From Phoronis australis (taxonomy: Eukaryota > Animalia > Phoronida): a stretch of DNA of 64,000 nucleotides. Position numbers and translations under genes: made by a program. Positions 38,311-50,523 of the stretch are shown here, piece after piece. Numbering within the stretch: the first letter of the stretch is position 1; each line of letters begins with the position of its first letter. The DNA lies in assembly GCA_002633005.1 (NCBI GenBank), contig NMRA01000095.1, forward strand, positions 657,362-721,361. Reading direction: 5' to 3'. A model generated the notes under the pieces. The model saw only the letters and a program-made list of their open reading frames with translations. It made no database searches and had not been told where the DNA came from.

Positions 38311-41300
38311 TCACGTCGCTATCACCATCTTGGACGGAGTGAGACGAGCATCAGAATCAGCATTGTTTAGCTTGCTTCGTGGAGTACACACGTAGGTTCC
38401 GTGAAAATTTACGTCACCACTGCCTGAAATGCGCGACCTGTTTTAGTGTTAAACATTTCAACAAATTAACTGGAATATGTTTGGACGAGTTTAATATAAA
38501 GAATTAGCGCACTCTGGAGACACTGCAACAATTACTAAATGAAACCCTGTCAAAGCCATCTTGTTTGTTTTTAGGTGATGCTAGCAACATTACAAAGCAG
38601 TTTGGAAAAAAATCTAGGTTGCAAAAACAATGAGCTTCAAAAAATAGCCAATTTTTTAACTATAAAACAGTTGTCATTTTGAAGCTTCAGAATCACACTA
38701 AAGAGGGACGTAAACAGTGTATTTTTCAAGCGAAAAATTTGTCATGAAATCAGCAAATTTCTATTGTCAGATGATGTTTATAATTTTTTGAAACTACAGT
38801 ACCACCACGAAAAAATGATTTGGACATCAGATGTAAAGCCATTCGTCTCAAAAGGTTTTCCACAAGAAAATCGTTTTCAAATTATTAAAAACTCTGTATT
38901 TCTGAACAGTGGCTCAGAGATGCTCAGCCGCTGCTCTGAAACTTTGATAACTTTCTCATAAGAATATATTTGTCATTTTTGTTAAACTGCTAAAAAGTGC
39001 ATTTGACCTCAGATGTTAGTTTAGTCACAAACAGGTCTACGGTAAATGCACACAATATTTCAGACAAGTTATTTTGTCAAACTTCTCAACAAAAATAAAC
39101 ATTTAGAAAACTTTACTCCAAAATTATCATGGTTTGGTAAAGTTTTTTATCAATTAAACAATGTAATCATGAAATTTTAAAGTAAAATCTTGTATAATGG
39201 TTTTTATCTTTGTGCATTTTAATTTATGAATGATTACAGTCACGTCAAACAGGAAGTGGTTTGTTACCTGTAGGAGTGAGCCTGATGGGGGAAGTTGAGC
39301 TGAAGCCAGGAGGAGACGACATCCGTGAAAATGAAATAGGCGAAGTGGTTGATAAATCATGGAAGAGATCCTCATCATCCCAAAGACCATTCTGCAGGAA
39401 ATAGAAGTCAATTAACCATTTATGTTGTATATATATGGTTTTATCTCTAATTGTTGTATGGGAAGTTATCTCCCCTGAAGGGGCGTAAGAGTAGTATTTG
39501 CGAACAAGAAGAGCACAATTTTCAACTGAAAATGGTGCAAATAGCACTTTGTGTTTTCGGTTACAACCTTCGCGTCTGATGATTCACAGAAGTACGTTTG
39601 TACGTTTTGTATGTTGCTGTAATTTTTACATCAAAAGAAGGTAAGAGCGTAATATTAAGAATAAGAAATAAGTATCACCACGCAACACTTCAATCACTTG
39701 TTTTGTAAAACAGACAAAACTCAGGTCTTTAAAGTGCAGCCAAACAAGGCACAGTACCATGCTTGATTTGAATGTATGCAGAACACTATTTCATAATTTT
39801 TAAAAATTACACACACCAGTCAAGATTTAGTGTAAATATCTTAGCTGCTTTTATCAAATGTCTTTAACTACAAAACTGAAATTGTACCAAACACACAAAC
39901 ACCACCAACCAAGCTATCATCGGCACGAGTGACAAACCTGAAGCGCGAGTTCTGACAAGGCAGGATCTAAGTGTAGACTACTGTCCAGAATGTCTTGGTT
40001 CATAAACACGTCTGATTCCTTAAGGGAAGTGAATGACTCAGTCTTGATACTGGATGATGTCATTTTCTGTGCTGAGGACACCGTTGGTGCATTTTGGGTA
40101 GGCTGGTTTCCCTTTAATAATTGACCTTGACCCTTCTCCAGGATTTCTAAGACATCTACAATGCATACAAAACAAGCAACACTTTACAAATCTGGGGCTA
40201 AATTGGTACTTAATACAAACAATAGCATCAAAAAGAAGATAATTTTCAATAATATAACACATGGTGTTCACTTTGAATGAATGAGGAAATGCCACAACCA
40301 TTTGTTTAGGCCTGCGCCCAATAAACACTCGCAAATGAAGATACAGTGAACACGTTTTCGAGATTTTCTAGCATCTAGGGAATGTTATCCAGTTTTATTT
40401 CTTTCGATATTCAAGTCATGTCTTGGAATTGATTAAAAGTGTTAAAATGTTGCACGGTTTCTCAAGCTCATTTACATAATTCATGCAGTTGACTCTTCAA
40501 TGCTGTGCTCAGACATCTATACGACTTCTGCTAACTTGCAAGCAAAAGTTAATAGAATGACCAACGGCAGTTCCCCAGATTGGGCAGTGAACAAAATTTA
40601 GAAATAGGCCTCAAATTCAAGAATTATGATCAACTGCAAACTTAGCAAAGATCATTCAGCTCAATGTGATGTGCTATGGGGACACGCAACACTGCAACTT
40701 TCAACGAATTTAAACAGTTTCCAATATTTGAATTGCACAATGAACACTAAAATCGGGCACATCCAAAACTTCAGAATCAAGAATTTCAATGTCCCAAATT
40801 TTAGAGACTATCCCAACCTGAATAATTTTTACTGCAAAGCCTCTTGAATGGCTTTCAGTCATTTGTCAACTTACCAGGATTAGCCATGCTTTGTCGGATC
40901 GCAATGGGATCTTTTTTGTTCCACTTTGAGATCTCATCGTCCATCTTCTTAATCTTGGCAGGGTTCATGGCCCACAGACACCCTTTCCTTGTGTTTCCAT
41001 TACTCTTGGGATTTTCAATTTTCTCGAAGCATTTGTTTAAAGACAAGTTGTGCCTGACCGAGTTCTAAAACAGACAGATATAAAGTTCATGAGTATCACT
41101 GAACAGCACAGCTATGTATGTGTAATTTGCTGGGGTCTTTGCAGGAGTTCCTCTAGGATTTCAAGAACAGGGCATCCAAAAAGGGTTTCCCTATTTCTTG
41201 AGAATCCATAACCAATAACACGTGACGGCACTTTTACGACTTCATTTCAATTTGCAGTTATTGTGTGATTTTTTACTGTGGAAACATGGTTTTGTAATAA

Positions 41301-44300
41301 AGCTCTCCGTATCTTGCATCATTTTTGAACTAACTTGTTTGTTTTTGTTAAACCAATGAGGTGCTAGGTCTGCTGACACCGATGTTCCTTTGTCTACTTT
41401 ATGTGGGCATCCAAATGCTCAACTGGTTGCCGTAGCTAGACTGTGTAAATTTGAGTCAAGGTATGCACTTGGTCCAACTGACCACAACAGTCTGTTGTTC
41501 ACAAATTTAGTTTAAACTGTGTTCAAGCAAATTCATGGCAATTGCAAACTAAAAAGTTATAATTTTCTTCACAAACTGGATACATTAATGCAAAAGTGCT
41601 TTAACCACAGACACAGTGAGGAATGTCTTGTACCATGCATGGCTACCATAGACACAGTGAGGAATGTCTTGTACCATGCATGGCTACCATAGACACAGTG
41701 AGGAATGTCTTGTACCATGCATGGCTACCATAGACACTGTGAGGAATGTCTTGTACCATGCATGGCTACCATAGACACTGTGAGGAATGTCTTGTACCAT
41801 GCATGGCTACCATAGACACTGTGAGGAATGTCTTGTACCATGCATGGCTACCATAGACACTGTGAGGAATGTCTTGAAATCATGGAATTTTAATATTTTA
41901 GCCATTCATACTATAATTACTACTTTTACAAACTGTTACATGTGGCAAGGTTCATATATCGGGTATGTACACGACCCTGGAAAAGTGTAAAAATTTGGCC
42001 AAATTATGAACATCTTCATATGCTTTACGCACTGTTCTACAAAACGCTGATAGGAAATATTTTTAGAAATTTCCACTTTTCCATCAGGGGCTACTAAAAT
42101 AGATCTTTACAAATGAACAACTCGGAAGTTATGAAACGAAAACTTTTTTGAGATTTCATCTAACAAAATTTGATCATGTTATGGATACTCACTTTTGTTT
42201 TGCTATCAATACTCTTTCCCCTTTGCTAACTTTTAGTATTTAACGACATGGTCACATGACCCAATTAATGGCAAATTGGTGAAGTCAAAAATAAAATTCT
42301 ACAGGCTTCCTACTAGCAAAAAAATCTATAGTTTTACTGGGTTACAAACTATAGTTTTGTGGTTACTAGTATTTGGCTACACACAAAAACATGTTGATAA
42401 GGTTCTACTAGAACATAACCTAAAACAATTTTGTCAGTATAACAGTTTTCTTTTGTGTTACTGTACAAAGGCCAGACTTAAAGTACTTTATCACTTTGTT
42501 GTGAACTGGAAATTTCATTGAACTCAAATCACTATTTAGGTCCAAAGCACAGTGCACTAAAGGTGTTAAACTGAAATAAAGTGTCCCCCCTTTGCAGAGC
42601 TCTTGCTCACCTGAGGGGAAGAATGCTTGTGACTTCAGGTTTTGAGAGGGGATTTTTTGGTTGAGGGGGGTCAAAATTCCTCCCCCTGGTCACCACCCTA
42701 ATCTGCAAAGCCTCAAGCTAAGTGATTCTAAACTTAGGAGGTGTTTCATGACCGCTGGAGGGACTTTTTGGGCCTGATATAATTTTTGTTTGATTTTTAA
42801 GTTTTTAGATATGGAGCCAATATTTGGCCACAAAATCAAGGTGTAGAGTGCTCTGTCTTGAGTGACCAACCATAAAATATATGTGCACACTACTAAAATT
42901 ATCTCATTTTTCAGTTGTAAGTAATACCCGTACAACATACTTGTTGCCAAAACATGAGCATGTCATGACAACAGAAAGTGAAAAAATGATATATATTACC
43001 AAACCACTCATCCATATCAGAGAAGTGAGGGCAAGAGGAGCAGAAAGAAGCAATATTTTAAGGGCAGCCCATGCTGGTCTTACCTCAAAGCATAACAACC
43101 TCTCAGACATGACTACTTTAGTTTGGTCATATTTGGGTCAAATGAAAACCAACCCAGGTCAACTGTGTAACATCAATCATGATCAATGGTGTAAAGAAAT
43201 GTGGTATTTACTGTACATAAGGCCTACATTGTACATAAGGCCTACATTGTACATAAGGCCTACATTGTACATAAGGCCTACATTGTACATAAGGCCTACA
43301 TTGTACATAATGCCTACATTGAAAGACAACTGCAATTAGAGAACCTTTTGATCAAGAAATATTTTTGTTAAGATCAAGACTCGTTCTCATAATTTTGTAA
43401 AAAGCAATTATTTGATGACTTGAAAACATAACCGAATCTTCTTTTACGCCAAAAAATGAAAATTTTTTCTCTTCCAATATTTTTTGTTATTCTAAATTAA
43501 AGAGACCATCTACTTGATTGTTACCATAGCATTTATAATTTATTAAATTAAGGGAGTGAATTTTTTATATTTTAGCACATTACCTTTTGTTTGAACTCTT
43601 CATTCAGATCTCTCGAGTCTTCATAAAAATCATGACGTTTCAGAACTGTATTGTTTGTTCTAGTCATTTCACATTGGGTACTCATTCTTCATAGAGACAT
43701 TCTTAATAACATGGCAGGTAAGTGGAATTTTATTTTGTCCAACTTGTCAACAAAATTAAAGATTAAGACAATATCAGTTGTAACGTTTCCATTACTTGAA
43801 GCAAAGTGTGTAATCAGCCACATATTTGAGCAAAATAACCTGAAAAAGTATCGTACATCGGTTGACCTGGTTTGTGGTTGTTACAAGAACCACAACTGGT
43901 CTACCTTTGAGGGAATGCATTGAGACATTGTTTGGATGAAATTTATGTGGTATTTTTGTTGTGTTGAGACAATGCATCCTTGTATTGTGGTGATTGCTTA
44001 TACATTGATCAAGTTTAATAATTAATTAGAATAAAAGGACGGGAAAGATAAAGTGCATGGAAGATAGGGTTTCAAGATATTCGATGAAAATTTGTAGGAT
44101 CAGCAATTACATATTTCGTTAATTGACATTTTGTTTGAAATTTTATATTAATTATATAAAAAACTACAAATGTTCTATGTCATATTTTTGAAAAAAAATC
44201 TATGGCAATTTTTACCACAGTATCCAAAACTTAGACACTAGATTACAGAACCATTGAAGATAACTTAAAACGTGCATATATTTAATTATTTAACACTTCT

Positions 44301-45956
44301 TCTGTCGAACTTCGCCCTGTTTCAAAAATGCATGCCTACCATTTCACTGGAATAATAGTATGAACACGCTAAGAACTAGATGTAATTTTAAAAAAGCAGT
44401 ATACCTTCCAACCATCAGGCGCAGTCTTGAAATATGGGAAGTTGGACCTGAAATCAGAAAATCGATACTTGTAATAATTTCACAACAAACTTTTCGTGGC
44501 AAAACTGAAGACGATATGTAAAAACACTGGGGTTTACAACAGAAAAACAGACAAAAGCATAAGACTAGACGTGGCATGTTTACAAACAAAAATCAAAATC
44601 AAGCAGTTAAAACAGCTGCAGATGTGATTTCCATTGCAAAAAAATAAATTTTGATTACGACACCAACTGTTATGAAACTGGTCTCAAATTCAGGGCTTGG
44701 AATGACCAATAACAAAAAAAAGAGGAAAAATTTTAGTTTCAGCCTCCAGGTGATGTATCATTCCACAAATAGTCTAGTGTGTGACAAATATTTTTTGTGA
44801 TGTAAAATTTTACTGAAATAAATATTTTTGCATGAATAAAGTCAAAATAATGATAAAAAGAGACGCAAAAAGAGGAAACTGAAAATCAAATAAGAAGAAA
44901 TCTAACTCAAAGAAGGAAATCCTCTTAAAAAAGGAAAATTCCAAGCCCTGTAGCCTAGACTATTCAGTTGTATTGGTGGATTTGAGCGAAAAATAGACAT
45001 GTAACAACATGTCAATTTATTCCCCGAACATGATCTCAAGCAATCTTGATAGTTTTTCCAAACGAACGCCTGCTTACAGCTCCATTACTTTCCAAATATA
45101 CTTACGTCATAAAGTTATAGATTTCACTGACTGGTAGACTGCCCGTTTTGCTATTCTTTAATGCCATAGCGATGAGGCAGCTGTAGGAATACACTGGTTT
45201 AGGGAACTGTTTTTCATCCTTCAACAGATGCACAGTAGCATGCTGCACTGTGGTTGGCGTCGAAGTCATTGAGTAACCCTGCATGTGTGTCGTGGAGGGG
45301 GTCGTCAAGGTGAACTGACTGGTCGCCCCCTGGGGAACTGTTCTTAAGGCACGAGCTAAAGACACTGGAGTCTGAGCAATGTATACAGATTGTGCATTAG
45401 CATTGTCCTGAATAGTAACATACTGGATGGCAGGTGATGGTGTACTCGATGCAAATGTCACTGGGGTAACATCCGTGGCGATTTCATAGCCAACAATCTG
45501 TCCTTGAATTTGCTGACCATTTATCAACTGATGGGTTTGACTGTGCTGCTGGGGCGTTTGGGCAGAGTTTATTGGCAAACCGGTTTGCGGGTCAACCATC
45601 AAATTGGGATCTGTGTTTTCCAACATAGCCTGTTGCTGTAGTCCCGATACATTCATATTTTGCAACCAGCTCAAGTTCGGCAAGGAGCCCGAAGAATCCA
45701 GTTCCACACCTGATATGTTGTGCAAACTAATGTGATTACCGTTAAGACTAGTATTACACGGCGTTGTGGCCGTCTGACTAGCCGGGATCGATACTATAGA
45801 ACCGTTCAGTTGACCCATCGGATCTACCGACGGACTTTGCACAAACTGTGGACGACTTGGAATCAGCCCTTCAGCCACTGATGATCGGATGTCATGCTCA
45901 ATCATGTCCTGAATAGATATCATCTCACCGCCGACGTTTCCGTTGAAGAATTCCAT
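38311..45956 (-). CDS. FOXN4: Forkhead box protein FoxN1/4 (6 coding exons, 512 aa)
   Basis: Exons 45956-45106, 44447-44405, 41064-40875, 40155-39938, 39391-39268, 38423-38311, with phases 2,0,1,0,1; 1539 nt total. Forkhead domain [64 protein letters not shown]...[24 protein letters not shown]-terminal [17 protein letters not shown] motif is typical of FoxN1/N4. Probably the single invertebrate FoxN1/4 co-orthologue. Confidence 0.93.
41605..41876 (+). repeat. 41-bp minisatellite (CCATAGACACWGTGAGGAATGTCTTGTACCATGCATGGCTA), about 6.6 copies
   Basis: Near-perfect units in a FoxN intron. Confidence 0.95.
43212..43321 (+). repeat. 18-bp tandem repeat (TGTACATAAGGCCTACAT) x6
   Basis: Visible periodicity. 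Confidence 0.95.
44691..44950. mobile_element. MITE with 13-bp TIR CAGGGCTTGGAAT (hAT-like ends), copy 1
   Basis: CAGGGCTTGGAAT ... ATTCCAAGCCCTG. Homologous along its length to 53279-53528. No clear TSD. Confidence 0.75.
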
Positions 45957-46246
45957 AGCAGTCTTCCAGGTATTTCTCGTATGAGAAGTGTCAATTCGAA
46001 TTTAAATGTCCAGGTAGATTCAATGGCACATTTCGTGGCGATTTAACACAATTTTAGAGTTACATTCCAGCAAAACACTGAATCAGTGCTCAAATTTACA
46101 ATATCCGGACTTAACTGAATCAACCCGTAAACTTTTCCTCCTTTAAAATAACTCGAGGTTGCAGAAAACATCCGTAGTAAAAACTTTCTTATCTGTAGTA
46201 AAATGATCGTTACGAACTTGAACCATTTCCACAAAGACAGAACACA

Positions 46247-46310
46247 TTCAAAAATCGATTAATGATTGGCCCGACGTGTCACGTGGGCAGGCAAAGTCGC
46301 CTGTGATTGG
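46247..46310 (-). promoter_or_regulatory. Putative FoxN1/4 proximal promoter
   Basis: About 300 bp upstream of the ATG: two CCAAT boxes on the gene strand (ATTGG at 46265 and 46306), an E-box GTCACGTG (46278-46285), and TTTGAA on the - strand at 46247-46252. Confidence 0.5.
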
Positions 46311-47112
46311 TTAGTCATTTAAACAACAGGTGCTCTTTAGTGTAGGTCAACTGCCACACTGCAATGAAATATGTATTTATATTCATCGAAATCAATACAT
46401 TCCGCTTAAACAGAAACATTCGCGGTTTGTAAGTATTCTGCCAGTTTCAAAACATATAAACATAGTCGAAACAATCACGAAAAATCAAGGAGACACTACA
46501 TCAATGATTATTTGTTTGCCCAATATTCCCAGGGTATCGAACATATCCGGGTAACTGAGGTGTTGAATTACCAAACACTCAGAACTGTGATACAGCAAGC
46601 CAGTTTGCTTGCAGAGAAAGGTCGTGGCTTCAAGCACAACTTCTTCTAGTTAGGTGGAACTCATGTCGCACAGGTTGCAGACATAAAGTCTCAACCAGTT
46701 TCATATAAAATGTGCTTGGTAGTAGCCTAACAGAATTTAAAAGATAAAAATGTATTTGTTGTAAATTAACATACATCAAAGTACATGAGTGGACAGTCAG
46801 GCCACCCATGCAAACTTTTCTAGCCATCACATTAGTGCATTGGTGGTTTACAGAACAGAGAACAATCACAGTAAACCCTCATGAGGATTCCTATTGTGTC
46901 ACTTGTCCAAGATTTGTAAAATTTTTATACCAAAGCCTACTTTTGAAACCATGCCCACCATCTCATGCTTTTGAAAATTGTAATAAATGGCTGGAAACTG
47001 GCAGTTAGTCATGGGTTGTTTTTCAGTCATGGTATTGAATATTTCCAGTCAAACATGCACGGCTTCCTCACATTTCAGAAATAAAATTATAAAAGCAAAA
47101 TTCTCAAAAACT

Positions 47113-47118
47113 TTTATT
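47113..47118 (-). terminator. Candidate polyA signal of the OSBPL gene (about 3.4 kb 3' UTR)
   Basis: TTTATT on + at the low-coordinate end of an A/C-rich (minus-strand U-rich) tract that runs from the stop at 50524. Confidence 0.35.
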
Positions 47119-50100
47119 TCAACTTGGCAGACTAACAACATAACAGATTCACAGGTTTCATTCAGTCATAAAACGCAACCAACCAATTAACCAACCAACC
47201 GAACATTCATTTTTATCAAGACTGAATTCGTTACGGTCACTGGCATTCATGGCAACTATGCCAGTTTTGCCCATGTGCACTTAACTCTAATCCTGAATAT
47301 GATACATCACTGAATGCACAAAACATTAACATCAGGCTTTCCTGAAGTCTATTAATAGCACAAAATACCAAGGTAGGCGTAGCATTAATTACTGCTTTCT
47401 CAAAAAAAAAACAGCTTCGTATTTAGGCCACTAACTAAATGGTCTTGTCTAATTCAGGACTCAGTTTGAAAGTGACCTCTGGGCTCACACAGAGAGGCAA
47501 ATCTGACAATTTCTAATAGCTTCAGACCAGGTTCAATAAGTTTCACTAAGTGGGTGAATTATTGTACTATCACTTCTGACATATGGCAAGAAAGCAATGA
47601 TACAGTTTTGGAAAAGAAAACAAGTCTGGGAATAAGAAAAATGTTTTCAACACGACAGGGTTTGTAGCCATTAACCACAGTTCAAGAGCCAGATGGCCAC
47701 TATACCACAGGCAGACGAATTTCACAATTTCACGACTCATAATACAGTGAGTGAAGTCAGTGATGGTCAAAAAACAGATAAATTCAAGTTCCTGTGCCCA
47801 CTACTAGGTCTGATTGGATTTCTGTATTTCGGTGGTCCCTATAGCTCAGAGGACTAGAGCGTCTGCTCGGTTGGCAGATGGTCCTGGTAGGGGCAGAAAT
47901 CTATTCAGACTTATATTCATTAGGTCACACGTGGTGTGCTGAACAAACCTAAAATGTTTACAAAATATACAGAATGTCAGCAAATATTTCCAGGTTGATG
48001 AAATTGCCCAACTTATTGATCTTAGTAACAACGAACAGAATGATATCAATACATTATTAAAGTGAGTCCAGCAGACTGGAACATTTTTAAAGTTACACTG
48101 AGCATTGTTTATGTAAATAAATATAGCTGTTACCTTGTGACATCCCGTTTCACACAACCGCGAGGGTAATGTTTTTTATTTAAATTTGTGGTCTTCGTGA
48201 AATAAGGCAAGTAAGCATTTGCAGTTTTTATGGTTACAATATAGCGTAGCTAGAATGGTACTCCTAGGTGTTATTTATGGCTTAAAAAACTGTTTCATTC
48301 TTATTTTACCTTATCTTGAAGTTGGCCATTGTTGACCTGCTAATGTAGCGCTTAAAACACCTTCCTAAGAAGAGCACTAAGACACGTTTTCTCCTATAAG
48401 TTCTCACAGAAGCCATGAAGTAACAGTAACTTCACTGATGTTTTCTCCAGCTCAAAACAACTCAATAAATAAAAACTTTTTAAGGATCCCCCACAAAAGA
48501 ATCATGTTATGCGAAACAAATCGGCAAAAAGGTGACATTTTCATAAAAAATACCAACCAATGTGTCAATTTCAATTGTCACAACTCTATAAGAGGATAAC
48601 GTTTTATCTAGTCGACTCAAGTGTATCCTGCACACCCCAAGGGTATCCTTATTTCCCAGCAGCACACCCCGTCAACAATATACCGTTCGGGTAAACCTTG
48701 CTGGAACACAACGTTCATGATTACAAATTGTTGGCAAACACGTGACTTGGAATAATTCTGATTGCACTCAACAAGTGACAATAATCGCAAACCCTTTCAG
48801 CTCATAACAATATCCATGAAAAACAAAACTACACGCAGGCAGCAAAACCTGGCATTAACATGAACTACCTGCTCATACCAACAGCAAAATTTTTCACCAA
48901 TTTTCGCATTTTTCTGCATAAGATGAGAAGTATCAAATCAATACTTTGCCATTGTCAAATTCTGTATACTAGATACCAAATGAAATATTTCAAATAATTG
49001 TTGGTTGTTATTCACAACTTTGAAAAATAAAAATGAATTTCAGCTGCAATAACTTTTGTCAAAACTTGTTGAAATTTTGCCTACAAGTGCAGGGAAAAGA
49101 ACATTCAATTAATATTAGTTAATACAGATGGCGACTTTCGTTTGAAACTCATTTTAGTTTTAACGAAGTTATGCCAAAAATATTGAGGAACTTCATAAGA
49201 GCATCAAGTGTAAATCATTAATATTAATTTTTTGTTCAAATATTTTTGATGATTGGAAGTCTTTTTCATAACTACCAATAACAACTACTTTTGTAGTAAA
49301 TAATTCGATGTTAACTTCTGGAATTTTAAAACAAACTTTGGAATCTCGATCAATCCCAGCAAACCTTTATCTCGAGCAATGATGAGCAGGTTTATATGTT
49401 AGATGATACATGTCTTAAGTAAACCATAATTCCACTAGGAAATTTTAGATCATCTTTGTTTAGAAAGTACACTGCGCCCCATAAAACTCAGTAGTCTTGG
49501 CTGTTACACAACTCAAAGTTATGCAATATATAAACAACCAGTAATCATGTAGTTTGACAAATGATTTCCAGGTGACTTCCTTAAACCTCGTTGAGGTTGT
49601 GATGCAATAACATCGTGTCCAAAATCTTTTCATCTATTTACAAAAGCCTTTATTTCCATATTCGGAAAAATCTCACCAATTTAGGACAATGTAATCACCA
49701 AAACATGCATTTTTTCATTTCCAGAAGCTTCCAACAGTATTTCCATGTCCACAATTTCCCAGAAACATTGTCTGGCATAGACCTTTAAAATGGTATTGCA
49801 TTTATTTGATGTGACTCAACATTTGGTGACAAAATATAAACGTAACATTTCACTTGTAGGCCATAATGTGACCTAAATAGGCGAGATATTACCGTATCCA
49901 TGACGATCAGTCACTCAAAACCCATCAAACATAGTCAACAATATCGTCTGTAATACCAAATGTTGTGTTAAGATACTGTATAATACATCACCAAAGTCTG
50001 GGTAGCTAAATAAATGATTAACAGAATACAACCTGAAGATTATTAAAAAGTATGTTCACAGTGTTATGATTATAAGGGCAATATCAAAAACATTTTAGTG

Positions 50101-50523
50101 GACACTACTCGATGACAATGCTCAAAGTTGACACCAAAAACACCTCGATTAAATATCACATACTTCTCAACACAGACACTTTCCGCAATGTTTCTTAAGG
50201 TCTTTGTTAAATCCCAGAGAGTCTCTCCAAGGTAAAACTGCATACCAGTAAAACCAACTGAAGTTTAAAGTTCAGTTCTTTGTTAACAACAATGCAACAC
50301 TTGCAAAACAATCTTTCCTTCTCCTTAAATGTCATGCTTGGTGTATAATGTGAAAAGCATTTGCCGAGTCCAAGAAATTAAAGTAACAAACTGATACGTA
50401 ACTCTTTACTCTTTCAGCTATGCACATCCTTTTGAAGACGTAATCCTGAATGAACATGGCACAAACTTGTAACCGCGGCAACACTGTAACCGCTATTGCC
50501 TTCATTGTCGTGCCTTGAGAGCT

